NCBI GenBank assembly: GCA_902798205.1
Contig: CADBVV010000003.1
Coordinates: 2,927-66,926, forward strand
DNA length: 64,000 nt
Direction of reading: 5' to 3'
Origin: an uncultured Pseudomonadota bacterium
GTDB taxonomy: Bacteria; Pseudomonadota; Alphaproteobacteria; Rs-D84
A model generated the notes under the pieces. The model was not told where the DNA came from. It was given only the letters and a program-made list of their open reading frames with translations, and searched no databases. A program made the translations under genes and the position numbers. Below, piece by piece: positions 1 to 10,250 of this stretch. How positions within the stretch are numbered: position 1 is the stretch's first letter; the number at the start of each line of letters is the position of its first letter.

Positions 1-1195
1 ATTATTGGCACTGGATGTTCGCGTTCGTGAATTAAAAACAATTACCCAAACAAAAACGGCTGAAAAAAATAAAATTTCCAAAGAAATTCCAACAGCAACT
101 GACAAAGCACCTTTGATTGCAAAATCAAAAGAAATCAGCGAAGAAATCGCCACAGATATGGCTGAATTAGCAGAAAAAGAAGCACTGCTTAATGATTTAA
201 TGCATCGCGTTCCACAAATTCCGGATTCATCTGCCCCGGTTGGTGCAGATGAATCTGCTAATGTAGAAGTAAAACGTGTCGGCACACCACGCACATTTGA
301 TTTTACACCACGTCCACAATGGGAATTGTTGGAAATGAATGGTTGGTGGATGCCTGAAAAAATCGCCGGTATTTGTGGAACACGTGTTTACGCATTGTGT
401 GGTGAATTGGCCGAATTGGCTTTGGCTGTTCAAACATATGTTGTTCAAAATTTGATTTCCAAAGGATTCAAATATATCGAATGCCCATCAATTACAAAAC
501 CACAAACCATATTTAACGCTGGTCACTTTATGGGATCTGATTTGTCTGTTATGAATAACGATGTATTTATGTTGGAAAACACAGACAGATGTTTGGCTGG
601 TACCGCTGAAATTATTATCAATTCATTACATAGTGATGAAATATTAAATGAAAACGAATTACCACTTAAATACGCTGGTTTTTCACCATGCTTCCGCAAA
701 GAAGCCGGTGCGGCGGGTCGCGACACACGTGGCATTGTTCGTGTTCATCAATTTAACAAGGTTGAACAATATGTATTCTGCAAACCAGAACAAAGCGACG
801 AAATGCACGAACATATTTTAAACAACCTTTGTGAATTTATGGAAGCTTTTGAATTGCCATACCGTGTTATTGCAAATTCAACAGGCGACATGGGATTCAA
901 TAAAGTAAAAATGAATGACGTCGAAGCATGGTTCCCATCTGAAAACGCATATCGCGAATTGGGTTCTTGTTCTTCCATTGGGCAATTCCAGGCACGCAGA
1001 ACAAACACACGTTATCGTGAAAATGCAACCGGCGAAGTCAAATATGTTGCTACATTAAACAATACTGCGATTGCTTTGCCGCGCGCTTTGGTTCCAATTA
1101 TCGAAAACCATCAAAATCCAGATGGATCTGTAAATATTCCAAAAGCTCTGCAACCATATATGGGCGGACGAACAAAAATTGGTGGTAAACATTAA
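1..1195 (+). CDS. serS: seryl-tRNA synthetase, 5' end cut by window edge
   Basis: ORF 5..1195 is open to the window start. It has the class II aaRS core GFSPCFRKEAGAAGRDTRGIVRVHQFNKVE and C-terminal TAIALPRALVPIIENHQ. About 30 N-terminal residues appear to lie upstream. Confidence 0.9.
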   Translation, partial: LLALDVRVRELKTITQTKTAEKNKISKEIPTATDKAPLIAKSKEISEEIATDMAELAEKEALLNDLMHRVPQIPDSSAPVGADESANVEVKRVGTPRTFDFTPRPQWELLEMNGWWMPEKIAGICGTRVYALCGELAELALAVQTYVVQNLISKGFKYIECPSITKPQTIFNAGHFMGSDLSVMNNDVFMLENTDRCLAGTAEIIINSLHSDEILNENELPLKYAGFSPCFRKEAGAAGRDTRGIVRVHQFNKVEQYVFCKPEQSDEMHEHILNNLCEFMEAFELPYRVIANSTGDMGFNKVKMNDVEAWFPSENAYRELGSCSSIGQFQARRTNTRYRENATGEVKYVATLNNTAIALPRALVPIIENHQNPDGSVNIPKALQPYMGGRTKIGGKH

Positions 1196-1216
1196 TTTTA
1201 TTAAAAGGAATGTGTT

Positions 1217-1648
1217 ATGGCAAAGAAACAACCTTTTTCGGACGGATATAAACTTGAAAATGATATCATAACAAAATGCATACAGATTTTGGATCAAAAC
1301 GATATCGTATTATATCCAGAATACGAAAATGGATTTGTAAGAGAGATTGAAGTTAAAAAAATTAATGAAACTAGAAAAAAACCAGAACTTATTTTTACAA
1401 TTCATGGACCAACCTATGAATATTTAGAAATAAAAAAATCTGGTTTGTTCATACATTTTTCAAGATACGATATGCCAAAAGATATTTGTGATTACTTCGC
1501 AAAATTATGGAAAAAATGTAAAGAGAAATCAGAACAACAAAAAACATTGCGCGAAACAATGGAAAACAACAAACATCTGGATTCTTTAATAAAAACGCAA
1601 AACTTCTTAAATGGATTTATTATTAAAAAGAAGGATAATACAAAATAA
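1217..1648 (+). CDS. hypothetical protein (143 aa, Lys-rich), no recognisable domain
   Basis: ATG preceded by AAAGGAA, 22 nt after the serS stop. The ORF ends at a bidirectional hairpin terminator. Confidence 0.5.
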   Translation: MAKKQPFSDGYKLENDIITKCIQILDQNDIVLYPEYENGFVREIEVKKINETRKKPELIFTIHGPTYEYLEIKKSGLFIHFSRYDMPKDICDYFAKLWKKCKEKSEQQKTLRETMENNKHLDSLIKTQNFLNGFIIKKKDNTK

Positions 1649-1676
1649 AAAATCACCCGATTGGGTGATTTTTTTA
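1647..1676. terminator. bidirectional intrinsic terminator
   Basis: ATCACCC-GATT-GGGTGAT hairpin (1652-1669) flanked by an A-run and a T-run, between convergent ORFs. Confidence 0.7.
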
Positions 1677-2222
1677 TCGCATTAAACCAAAATGTCTTTT
1701 TAATTGTTTCCACTGCTTTACTATTGGTTTAGATTCAATAATATCAACACTGTTAACAACAGGTTCCGAATTAGATTTTATTTCTTTGGCGTATCTTTCT
1801 TTTTCCCAATCATTCATTGCATATTCATAATTTTGAACTGCATCCAAGAAATGATAATATTGATGTGACAATGGGTATATCATAGCCGCAGTTGATTGGT
1901 TCCAAACAATTTCTTTTGGTCCTTCAACAAAATAATAACCATACCACTGTTGTTCCAACTTATATTTTTTTGCATATTCGGCCACACGTTCACGCCATGC
2001 ATATTCTGATTTTTTTCTTGAAAAACAATCTGGTTCTTTTGCAACAATACCCATAACAACTAAAGCGCGTGCAGCATTACATTGTTCATGCAAAGTCATG
2101 CTTTTCCAGCGCGATTTCAACAAATACTTTGCCAATTTTTTATATGCGACAAAACCATCAGCAATATAATTTTGTGTTGTCATAACTTCGTTTTCTGTCA
2201 TCTTTTTTCCTTTTTTTGACAT
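1674..2222 (-). CDS. hypothetical protein (182 aa)
   Basis: Protein-like composition. Bounded by terminators on both sides. No motif recognised. Confidence 0.5.
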   Translation of the reverse strand: MSKKGKKMTENEVMTTQNYIADGFVAYKKLAKYLLKSRWKSMTLHEQCNAARALVVMGIVAKEPDCFSRKKSEYAWRERVAEYAKKYKLEQQWYGYYFVEGPKEIVWNQSTAAMIYPLSHQYYHFLDAVQNYEYAMNDWEKERYAKEIKSNSEPVVNSVDIIESKPIVKQWKQLKRHFGLMR

Positions 2223-2295
2223 TCTTGTACAGGTATTATAGACAAAAATATTTAAATGTCAACAATTAATCGAAAACAAAAAAAACACACAAATA

Positions 2296-2326
2296 ATAAA
2301 AAAACGCCCAAACGGGCGTTTTTTAT
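2296..2326 (-). terminator. intrinsic terminator (hairpin usable in both directions)
   Basis: ACGCCC-AAAC-GGGCGT hairpin (2304-2319) with flanking A/T runs, directly after the stop of the 187-aa ORF. Confidence 0.7.
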
Positions 2327-2886
2327 CTTTCGTATTTGGACACATCAACCGCAAATACTGATGCCGGTGCAAAATCTTTAATTGCCGCAACAAAAGGATT
2401 TGCATTCCACAAAGCAACCGCTTTGTTCATTTTGATAATATTTTGCGCTTCGAAATCTTGGTTTGGTTCGCCATAATAAATCCAATTACCATTATGATCA
2501 TTATATCCATATTTAACATGATGCGCGATTGCTTCGCTTAAACGAACAATCAAATGTCCTTTTTTGGTCATGTCAAAGCGCCACCCAAGTATTGGTCTCA
2601 ATTTATTATAATCTACAACATCTGAATAAATAATATCTTTTTCTGTATAAAGATATTTCTTTGGATCTGCAACTATTTCCAGTAAATATTCATAGGCCTG
2701 TTTAGCACGCGTATATTCTTGATTGGCATCTGCACGATCTTTTTCAGTATAGAATTTTTTCTTTTGAAGTTCTTTTAATTGTTTAGCCAAAACAGTAGCC
2801 ACCCATTTGGCATAGCCGTTTAATAATTTTTGTATTGTTTCATCTATATTTTTTGGTGCCATAAAAAAACTCCTTTTATCAGACAT
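2323..2886 (-). CDS. hypothetical protein (187 aa)
   Basis: Long ORF with balanced composition and its own terminator. No motif recognised. Confidence 0.5.
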   Translation of the reverse strand: MSDKRSFFMAPKNIDETIQKLLNGYAKWVATVLAKQLKELQKKKFYTEKDRADANQEYTRAKQAYEYLLEIVADPKKYLYTEKDIIYSDVVDYNKLRPILGWRFDMTKKGHLIVRLSEAIAHHVKYGYNDHNGNWIYYGEPNQDFEAQNIIKMNKAVALWNANPFVAAIKDFAPASVFAVDVSKYER

Positions 2887-2984
2887 ATTGTACCATAAAA
2901 ACGCATAAAATCATATATAATTTGTTGATTTTACAAAAATATAGTATAATATTTTCGTTTGCGATAAAAAATAAGAGATAACAC

Positions 2985-4829
2985 ATGAAAATAAGAAATA
3001 TTGCTATCATAGCTCACGTTGACCACGGAAAAACAACCTTGGTTGATAATATGTTGAAACAGGCCGGTACTTTCCGTGAAAACGAACACGTCGAAGACCG
3101 CGTTATGGACAGTGGGGATATTGAACGCGAACGCGGAATTACAATATCTGCAAAACCTACATCTATTCAATGGGGCGAATATAAAATTAACATTGTGGAC
3201 ACACCGGGACATGCGGACTTTGGTGGCGAAGTGGAACGTATTTTATCTATGGTTGATGGTGTGGTTTTATTGGTGGACAGTGCTGAAGGCCCATTACCAC
3301 AAACAAAATTCGTGTTATCCAAGGCATTGAAATTAAACCTGCGCCCTATCGTTTGTATCAATAAAATCGACCGTGGTGACGCACGCCCAGACGAAGTTTT
3401 AACCGAAACTTTCGATTTGTTTGATAAATTGGGTGCAACAGATTCTCAGCTTGATTTCCCATATTTGTATGCTTGCGGAAGGGACGGTTGGGCAATTCGT
3501 GATTTGAAAGATATTGATAATCCAAACAAAGATTTAACCCCACTGTTCCAATTAATTGTGGACCATGTGCCTGCCCCAGATTGTAATGGAACACGTTGCC
3601 AATTGGATGCGCCATTTACTATGTTGGCAACCACATTGGAAGCTGACCCATACGTTGGTCGTATTTTAACCGGTAAAATTGAATCTGGAACTGTAAAGGT
3701 TGGACAAAGCGTCAAAGCGATAAACATGAAGGGCGAATTTATCGAAAACGCCAAAATCACAAAAATCATTGAACACCAGGGTATAAACAAAGTTTCCCGC
3801 GAAAGCGCATCTGCCGGTGACATTGTCGTTATCGCTGGTTTTTCCAAGGCAACTGTGGCAGATACACTTTGTGATCCATCTGTTAACGAACCAATTCCTG
3901 CAATGCCTATTGATCCGCCTACCCTTACTATGACATTCTTTGTTAATACATCACCACTTGCCGGACAAAGTGGAAAGAAATTAACATCACGTATGATTGG
4001 CGAAAGATTGTTCAAAGAAGCAGAAACAAATATTGCTTTGAAAGTTTCCCAAAGTGAAAATAACGAGGCTTTCGAAGTTTCTGGTCGTGGTGAATTACAA
4101 TTGGGTATTTTGATTGAAACAATGCGTCGCGAAGGATTTGAATTGAGCGTATCCCGTCCACGCGTTGTTATGCAAACAAATGAAAATGGCGAAAAATTGG
4201 AACCTATCGAAGAAGTTGTTATCGATGTTGACGATGAATTCAGCGGTGTAGTTATTGAAAAAATGACTAAACGCAAAGCAACAATTACCGAAATGAAACC
4301 ATCTGGTATCGGTAAAACACGTATTGTATTTTCTGCACCATCACGTGGTTTGATTGGTTATTTATCTGAATTCAGAACTGACACCCGTGGCACAGGTATT
4401 ATGAACCGCGTATTTGATAAATATGATTTATACCGTGGTCCAATTACTCAATACCGCCCTGGCGTTTTGGTATCTATGGAAGCGGGCGCAACAACAACAT
4501 ATGCCCTGCACAATTTGGAACCACGCGGTGTATTATTTGTTGGCCCACAAACAGAAGTTTATTCTGGTATGATTGTTGGCGAACACAGCAAAGAAAACGA
4601 TATCGAAGTTAACCCTGTTCGTGGTAAACAATTAACAAATGTTCGTTCTGTTACCGCAGATGAAAAATTGTTCCTTGCCCCACCAAGAAAGATGTCTTTG
4701 GAAGAAGCATTGTCTTATATCCAAGACGATGAATTGGTGGAAGTAACCCCAGCAACAATTCGTTTGCGTAAAAAAGAATTGGACAGCGGAAAACGTAAAA
4801 AAGCATACCGCTTTGCCGAAACAGATTAA
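2985..4829 (+). CDS. typA: translational GTPase TypA/BipA
   Basis: N-terminal IRNIAIIAHVDHGKTTLVD, DTPGHADFGGEVER and NKIDR GTPase motifs. Length of 614 aa and C-terminal domain are typical of BipA. Confidence 0.95.
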   Translation: MKIRNIAIIAHVDHGKTTLVDNMLKQAGTFRENEHVEDRVMDSGDIERERGITISAKPTSIQWGEYKINIVDTPGHADFGGEVERILSMVDGVVLLVDSAEGPLPQTKFVLSKALKLNLRPIVCINKIDRGDARPDEVLTETFDLFDKLGATDSQLDFPYLYACGRDGWAIRDLKDIDNPNKDLTPLFQLIVDHVPAPDCNGTRCQLDAPFTMLATTLEADPYVGRILTGKIESGTVKVGQSVKAINMKGEFIENAKITKIIEHQGINKVSRESASAGDIVVIAGFSKATVADTLCDPSVNEPIPAMPIDPPTLTMTFFVNTSPLAGQSGKKLTSRMIGERLFKEAETNIALKVSQSENNEAFEVSGRGELQLGILIETMRREGFELSVSRPRVVMQTNENGEKLEPIEEVVIDVDDEFSGVVIEKMTKRKATITEMKPSGIGKTRIVFSAPSRGLIGYLSEFRTDTRGTGIMNRVFDKYDLYRGPITQYRPGVLVSMEAGATTTYALHNLEPRGVLFVGPQTEVYSGMIVGEHSKENDIEVNPVRGKQLTNVRSVTADEKLFLAPPRKMSLEEALSYIQDDELVEVTPATIRLRKKELDSGKRKKAYRFAETD

Positions 4830-4830
4830 A

Positions 4831-4860
4831 ACCACCGCCCAAACGGGCGGTTTTTGTTTT
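4831..4860 (+). terminator. intrinsic terminator after typA
   Basis: ACCGCCC-AAAC-GGGCGGT hairpin (4834-4851) followed by TTTTTGTTTT. Confidence 0.75.
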
Positions 4861-4910
4861 GTTGCAAAAAACATATAAACATTGTATAGTTATACCAAAG
4901 ATAAAAATAT

Positions 4911-5756
4911 ATGCCTGATCGATTATTTTTATTTGCCGGGTTTAACAAAGATTGCATTATTGATGATGCGTTGCTTTATTATGTAAAAAGCCTTTCCAAA
5001 TATGGCGATGTGATTTTGTGCATGGATTGCACTTGCAAAAAAAGCGAAATTGAAAAAATAAAAAAATATACAATCCATACTGTTGCCAAAAGACATGGCG
5101 AATATGATTTTGGTTCTTATAAACGTTGTTTTGAATACGCATATGAAAACGAATTATTAAAAAATTATAATTATGTTTATTTGGTGAATGATTCTGTATT
5201 TGGGCCATTTTACGACATCAAAAAGACACTGAAAAAATTAGAAAACAATCCTGCTGATGCATGCGGAATGGTCGTATCAAAACACAAAACACATGCGTTT
5301 ATTGAATCTTGGTTTATGCGATTGAATAAAACTATATTTATGTCGACTTGGTTTCATAATTTTATGCATGCGGTAAGAAAAGAACCTGGCAAAACAGAAG
5401 TAACAATTAAATACGAACATGGTCTTTCGAACCTTGTGGAAACCAATGGTTATTCTTTGTCTGGACTATTTATAAAACGCGGTCGCTTTACTTATAACGA
5501 ACCAAAATATTTATTTAAACACGGGTGTCCATTTATAAAAAAGTTATCTTTTACGCGACACAATGGAATGTTTGGTAAACAACTAAAATATATACTAAAC
5601 CACTGTGATAAACCCGCATCAAATGCAATTATAAAAACGGCAAATTATTTGTACGGGGAAAAATATATAAATTGGCTGTTAACATATAACCCGTTAAAAA
5701 TATTGTATCGTACCATTATATACGGCAAGAACAAATTAAAAGACGGTTGGATATGA
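4911..5756 (+). CDS. RgpF-like (rhamnan synthesis protein F family) polysaccharide biosynthesis protein
   Basis: The YVYLVNDSVFGPF motif and overall pattern resemble the RgpF family. At 281 aa it is shorter than typical RgpF. Confidence 0.5.
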   Translation: MPDRLFLFAGFNKDCIIDDALLYYVKSLSKYGDVILCMDCTCKKSEIEKIKKYTIHTVAKRHGEYDFGSYKRCFEYAYENELLKNYNYVYLVNDSVFGPFYDIKKTLKKLENNPADACGMVVSKHKTHAFIESWFMRLNKTIFMSTWFHNFMHAVRKEPGKTEVTIKYEHGLSNLVETNGYSLSGLFIKRGRFTYNEPKYLFKHGCPFIKKLSFTRHNGMFGKQLKYILNHCDKPASNAIIKTANYLYGEKYINWLLTYNPLKILYRTIIYGKNKLKDGWI

Positions 5757-6589
5757 TAAAAAACAAAAAAATAGCAGCAATAACAATGGCACGTGACGAC
5801 GAATTTTTCTTGTCGCGTTGGGTTGCTTATTACGGAAAACAATTTGGCACAGAAAACCTTTATATTTTATTGGATGGTATCGACCAAAATATTCCATCAA
5901 ATGTTGGTAATGCACACATAACAAAATTACCACACGAACAATTATCTCGTGTGGCCGGCGACAAATATAGAATACAAAAATTATCTGAATTGGCACACGA
6001 ATTATTAAAAACTTATGATATTGTTATTGGATGCGACAGCGATGAATTTTTGATTATTGACCCAAAACTTCATACGACATTATCCAAATATTTATCAAAC
6101 AAAAAAATACATACAACAATTTCTGGGCTTGGGCTGGATATCGGTCAACATTTATATAACGAGGCTATCCTTGATAAACATGCACCATTTTTAGAACAAC
6201 GCGAATATGCCCTGCTTTCAACACGTTATACAAAGCCGGTTGTAATAACCAAACCTGTCAATTGGGGATCTGGATTTCACAGCATTCGTCATCACAATTT
6301 CCACATTGATAAAAATCTTTATTTATTACATTTTGGTTCTGTTGATATGGATATGTTGGAACAAAAGGCAAAAAATCGAGGTCCCGATTGGATTAAACAT
6401 TTAAAACGTCGTGGTAATGGAACAATAAACACAATCACACACAAAAAAGCTAAATCTGAAAAATGGTTAAAGATTGCACGCATATTACAAACATATTGTC
6501 GTCCAATTTATGCCCTGCGCAAACCAGCAATGTTGGGCTTGAAACCTGTTGTAAAAATCCCAAGTCGATTTAAGAAATCAGGGATATAA
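5747..6589 (+). CDS. glycosyltransferase family 2-like protein
   Basis: N-terminal IAAITMARDDEFFLSRWVAYY and a DSDEF (DxD-like) motif. Overlaps the previous ORF by 10 nt. Confidence 0.5.
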   Translation: MDMIKNKKIAAITMARDDEFFLSRWVAYYGKQFGTENLYILLDGIDQNIPSNVGNAHITKLPHEQLSRVAGDKYRIQKLSELAHELLKTYDIVIGCDSDEFLIIDPKLHTTLSKYLSNKKIHTTISGLGLDIGQHLYNEAILDKHAPFLEQREYALLSTRYTKPVVITKPVNWGSGFHSIRHHNFHIDKNLYLLHFGSVDMDMLEQKAKNRGPDWIKHLKRRGNGTINTITHKKAKSEKWLKIARILQTYCRPIYALRKPAMLGLKPVVKIPSRFKKSGI

Positions 6590-7546
6590 TTTCAACAATT
6601 TTTTAATTCTGAAATAATATTTCAGTGATTGTAAATCATATGGTCTTGAACATACACCCATATCATAAACTTCTTTTAAATATTGCACCGCCATCTTTTT
6701 ATCTTGTTCGTTATCCATATTTTTAATTGTCCGCACGACAGAATAGACAAACGGCCATATTATATTTTTCATATACAAAGATTTTCTTTTATTGTTTTTA
6801 AATACAGAAACACCATATTTTATGCCACCACAAACAGATTGTATAAATTTTATTTTTTTTGCAGAATTAACGTTACCCGTTGCATTTTGAACATAATAAT
6901 AAAGTGGTATATTCATTATCAAAGTTTTTGGTAATTTTGCATAACAATCACTTAACCAGTAAAAATCTTCACATATTCTTACATCAATTGGCGACCAAAT
7001 ATCTTTGATTAAATCTGTTTTGTATAATTTTCCCCACATATACATTCTTTTTACGGCAAATTTTGATTTGATACCATCACGTTCCGCCGCATATTTCAAA
7101 ATATTATCCGTTACAACATAATCAATATTTGTAAAAACATCAAAATGGTTAGTTTTTACACTTTGAGAAACATTATTAAAACCAGCCACAACTAAGTCGA
7201 CATTTTTTTCAACTGCCTTGTTATACATTATTTCTAAAGTTTGTGGATGAATAAAATCATCACTGTCTAAATACATTACATATTCTGTTTTCACTTTTTT
7301 CAAAGCGATATTCCTTGCATCAGACACCCCACCGTTTTCTTTATGAATTACAATGAACCTTTTATCTTTTTTTGCATATTCATCGGCAATTTTTCCAGAA
7401 TTATCAGGCGACCCATCATCAACACAAATCGCAGTCCAATCTTGGAAAGTTTGATTTAACACACTGTCCAGACATCTTTTCAGATATTTTTCAACATTAT
7501 ATATCGGTATTATTATTGATATTTTTGGTTGCATATTAAACCCCAC
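6578..7546 (-). CDS. glycosyltransferase family 2 (paralog A)
   Basis: ISIIIPIYNVEKYLKRCLDSVLNQTF..DDGSPD..LDSDD are classic GT2 motifs. The start may be the MQPK codon at 7534. Confidence 0.8.
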   Translation of the reverse strand: MGFNMQPKISIIIPIYNVEKYLKRCLDSVLNQTFQDWTAICVDDGSPDNSGKIADEYAKKDKRFIVIHKENGGVSDARNIALKKVKTEYVMYLDSDDFIHPQTLEIMYNKAVEKNVDLVVAGFNNVSQSVKTNHFDVFTNIDYVVTDNILKYAAERDGIKSKFAVKRMYMWGKLYKTDLIKDIWSPIDVRICEDFYWLSDCYAKLPKTLIMNIPLYYYVQNATGNVNSAKKIKFIQSVCGGIKYGVSVFKNNKRKSLYMKNIIWPFVYSVVRTIKNMDNEQDKKMAVQYLKEVYDMGVCSRPYDLQSLKYYFRIKKLLKLYP

Positions 7547-8317
7547 TTAAAAAAATATTTTTATTAATTTTCTGAAATACCATAAAAAAGCGACATGATT
7601 TTTTACGGCATAATTTTTTCTAAATTTTTTACCGATTTTATATTGTTTTTTTAATTTATCATGATGTGCTTTATCATTTTTATTTAATGCAGAATTTTCA
7701 TTAAACAAATAGTGATAATTTACATTTGGGACAATAATCAGTTTATTCGCAAAAACAAAAGACAGCAAAACAAATATCGCATCTTCTTGTGATATCAAAG
7801 ATGTATCAAATTTTAATTTGTGTTTTTTAATAAAATCTGTTTTATATAAATACCGCCACACAAAAGATTTTATAAGGGCCTGCGACCAAAACAGTTTACC
7901 AAACAATGTATTGAGTGCATGTTGCTTTTTGTATGTTAAATTCGCAGAGTGTTTACTGTTAGAAACAAACCCAGAACATATCATATCTGCATCATCGGAC
8001 GCATTTAACATTTCTTCATAATAATTATTATCTAATGTATCATCGGCATCCATAAAATGAATATATTGTCCATCTGCCTTTTTTATACCATCATTACGTG
8101 CTGCGGAAACACCCGCGTTTTTCTTGTGAATAACAACAAAGCGTTTATCTTTTGCTGCATATTCATCCAATATTTTTGGTGTTTCATCAACACTGCCATC
8201 GTCAACACATATTGCAACCCAATCCTTAAAAGTTTGTGCCAGCAACGAATCAAGACACCTTGGCAAATATTTTGCCCCATTATAAACAGGTATAATCACA
8301 GATATTTTTGATTTCAT
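7547..8317 (-). CDS. glycosyltransferase family 2 (paralog B)
   Basis: ISVIIPVYNGAKYLPRCLDSLLAQTF..DDGSVD..MDADD. Confidence 0.8.
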   Translation of the reverse strand: MKSKISVIIPVYNGAKYLPRCLDSLLAQTFKDWVAICVDDGSVDETPKILDEYAAKDKRFVVIHKKNAGVSAARNDGIKKADGQYIHFMDADDTLDNNYYEEMLNASDDADMICSGFVSNSKHSANLTYKKQHALNTLFGKLFWSQALIKSFVWRYLYKTDFIKKHKLKFDTSLISQEDAIFVLLSFVFANKLIIVPNVNYHYLFNENSALNKNDKAHHDKLKKQYKIGKKFRKNYAVKNHVAFLWYFRKLIKIFF

Positions 8318-8320
8318 TTT

Positions 8321-9331
8321 TTATTTCCCGATAAAATCGTATATTAATTCCATATATTTATCTGCTTTTTTGCCGGTTGGGTTTTCAAACACACCAAGAT
8401 TTTTTAAATCAATCAACATGTCTTTTATCTGTTGTTTATCAGATTCTTCGTTAACATTTTTTAATTCTTTGGCGATTTGATGAATAATAACCGGCCACAT
8501 ATAATTTTCTTGCCATTTTTGCATTTCATAATCATTTGCAGTATCTTGATATAGGACAAAAGAAGTTTTTAAACCAACCAACCAAGAAATAATTTTCTTG
8601 GCTTTTTTTGACCCCATATCAATGGAATTCAAATTAGGATAATAATAATAGAACGGCAATTTTGTTATAGTAACGCTTGGGTGACGTAACATAACTGTTG
8701 ACCACCATGGAAAATCTTCGAACAAAATACCTTTGATAAATTCTATACCATGCAAGAAATCTGTCCTTATCAAATGGCGCCAAACATAACAATGCTTTAT
8801 TGGCCATTTCATTTTGGTATGTGATAATTCTGTCGCATGTTCAAAAATATTATCTGTAACAAAATATTTCACTTTATTTATATCAAAACGTTTTTTTATT
8901 CCATGTGGCATTACGTGTTCTGTGTCCAACTTTAATTTATGTCGCACCAACAATTGTGGTCTGTACATTTTATCTTTATACCACGAAACAATATCTGTAT
9001 CATTTTTTTGCGCCAGACCATAAGCGATTTCCATTGTTTGTGGGTGAATAAAATCATCACTGTCCAAAAACATCACATATTCAGATTTAACTTTTTCCAT
9101 ACCTGCATTTCGTGCATCAGAAAGTCCACCATTTTCTTTGTGAATTACAATAAATCTTTTGTCTTTTTTTGCATATTCTTCTGCAATGCTACCTGATTTA
9201 TCAGGGCTGCCATCATCAACACAAATTGCCGTCCAATCTTGAAATGTTTGATTTTTTACAGAATCTAAACATCGACGTAAAAAACGTTCGACATTATACA
9301 TTGGAATAATTACTGATATTTTTGGCTTCAT
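8321..9331 (-). CDS. glycosyltransferase family 2 (paralog C)
   Basis: The N-terminal ~105 aa are near-identical in pattern to paralog A (ISVIIPMYNVERFLRRCLDSVKNQTFQDWTAICVDDGSPD..LDSDD). Confidence 0.8.
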   Translation of the reverse strand: MKPKISVIIPMYNVERFLRRCLDSVKNQTFQDWTAICVDDGSPDKSGSIAEEYAKKDKRFIVIHKENGGLSDARNAGMEKVKSEYVMFLDSDDFIHPQTMEIAYGLAQKNDTDIVSWYKDKMYRPQLLVRHKLKLDTEHVMPHGIKKRFDINKVKYFVTDNIFEHATELSHTKMKWPIKHCYVWRHLIRTDFLHGIEFIKGILFEDFPWWSTVMLRHPSVTITKLPFYYYYPNLNSIDMGSKKAKKIISWLVGLKTSFVLYQDTANDYEMQKWQENYMWPVIIHQIAKELKNVNEESDKQQIKDMLIDLKNLGVFENPTGKKADKYMELIYDFIGK

Positions 9332-9333
9332 TT

Positions 9334-10239
9334 TTAATCCTTGTACATTTTATTAACCATAACATCTGCAAAAGAACCTTTGCTATATTCGCTGCCACGA
9401 TATGTCAATTTTTGAAAGCATGCCTCTTTTGCCAATTTATCAAATTCTTTTTGATTGAATTTTTTATCACGATATTCTGCCCACAAAATATGCGTAGGAT
9501 CTTGAGAAACATGTGGCATTTTTTCAAAATATTTTTTTGCCCTCTTGTCATATGTTATCAAAGTTTTAAACAATAACTGGTGCATAAAATAATCAAATTC
9601 ACGATTTTCTTTTATCCAATAGTTAAAAATCATGGCACGCCACGCGGCTAACAAATACGCCCCCTTGCGAGAACGAATAAAACAATTTTGCATAAAAGAA
9701 TATGGACTGCCGTATTTTGTACCTGTTAAATAAACATAGAAATCTTCTTTTTCAATCCAGTCTGGAATTGCAGACATAGAAAAATCAGTCGAATCCATCC
9801 AATATCCACCATATTGATAAAGTAATTCTACACGACAAATATCTGCAAAATGTGCATGATGTATTTTACCTTCGCGATATTTTTGAACAATTATTTCAGG
9901 CAAAGAAATATAATCAAAAATAGTTTTTTCGTCTAACACAACCAATTTTTGTTTGCAATTTTTTCGGATACTTGCATAACAGGCCTTCACCAAATCTGGT
10001 GCATTTTTTTCACCTTGGAACCATATAGAAAAAATTTTATCGTTTTTGTCGTTTCTTATAATTTCTTGTTCTTGAATAACATTTTCTTTTGGTAAATAGC
10101 GTCTGAAATATTTAGTAATCGCTTGTACCAAAACTTCTTCACGACGTCTGTGACGAACACTGCGTGGGCGCCAAAACCAATTCAAAATATGCCCACGAAT
10201 TGCGATATCTGTTAATACAGGTAATCTGTTTACATTCAT
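9334..10239 (-). CDS. capsular polysaccharide synthesis / DXD sugar-transferase family protein (paralog 1)
   Basis: The WFQGEKNAP..HFADICRVELLYQYGGYWMDST pattern is typical of the Caps_synth / Gly_transf_sug families. Confidence 0.6.
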   Translation of the reverse strand: MNVNRLPVLTDIAIRGHILNWFWRPRSVRHRRREEVLVQAITKYFRRYLPKENVIQEQEIIRNDKNDKIFSIWFQGEKNAPDLVKACYASIRKNCKQKLVVLDEKTIFDYISLPEIIVQKYREGKIHHAHFADICRVELLYQYGGYWMDSTDFSMSAIPDWIEKEDFYVYLTGTKYGSPYSFMQNCFIRSRKGAYLLAAWRAMIFNYWIKENREFDYFMHQLLFKTLITYDKRAKKYFEKMPHVSQDPTHILWAEYRDKKFNQKEFDKLAKEACFQKLTYRGSEYSKGSFADVMVNKMYKD

Positions 10240-10250
10240 AACACATCCTT

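Noticed and set aside
3446-4276. 276-aa ORF antisense to typA, strikingly long for an AT-rich genome
   Set aside because: It lies entirely inside the strongly conserved typA frame on the other strand. Its translation is low-complexity (S/I/T/N-rich) with no motif, and there is no RBS or independent boundaries. It is a shadow ORF created by typA codon usage.
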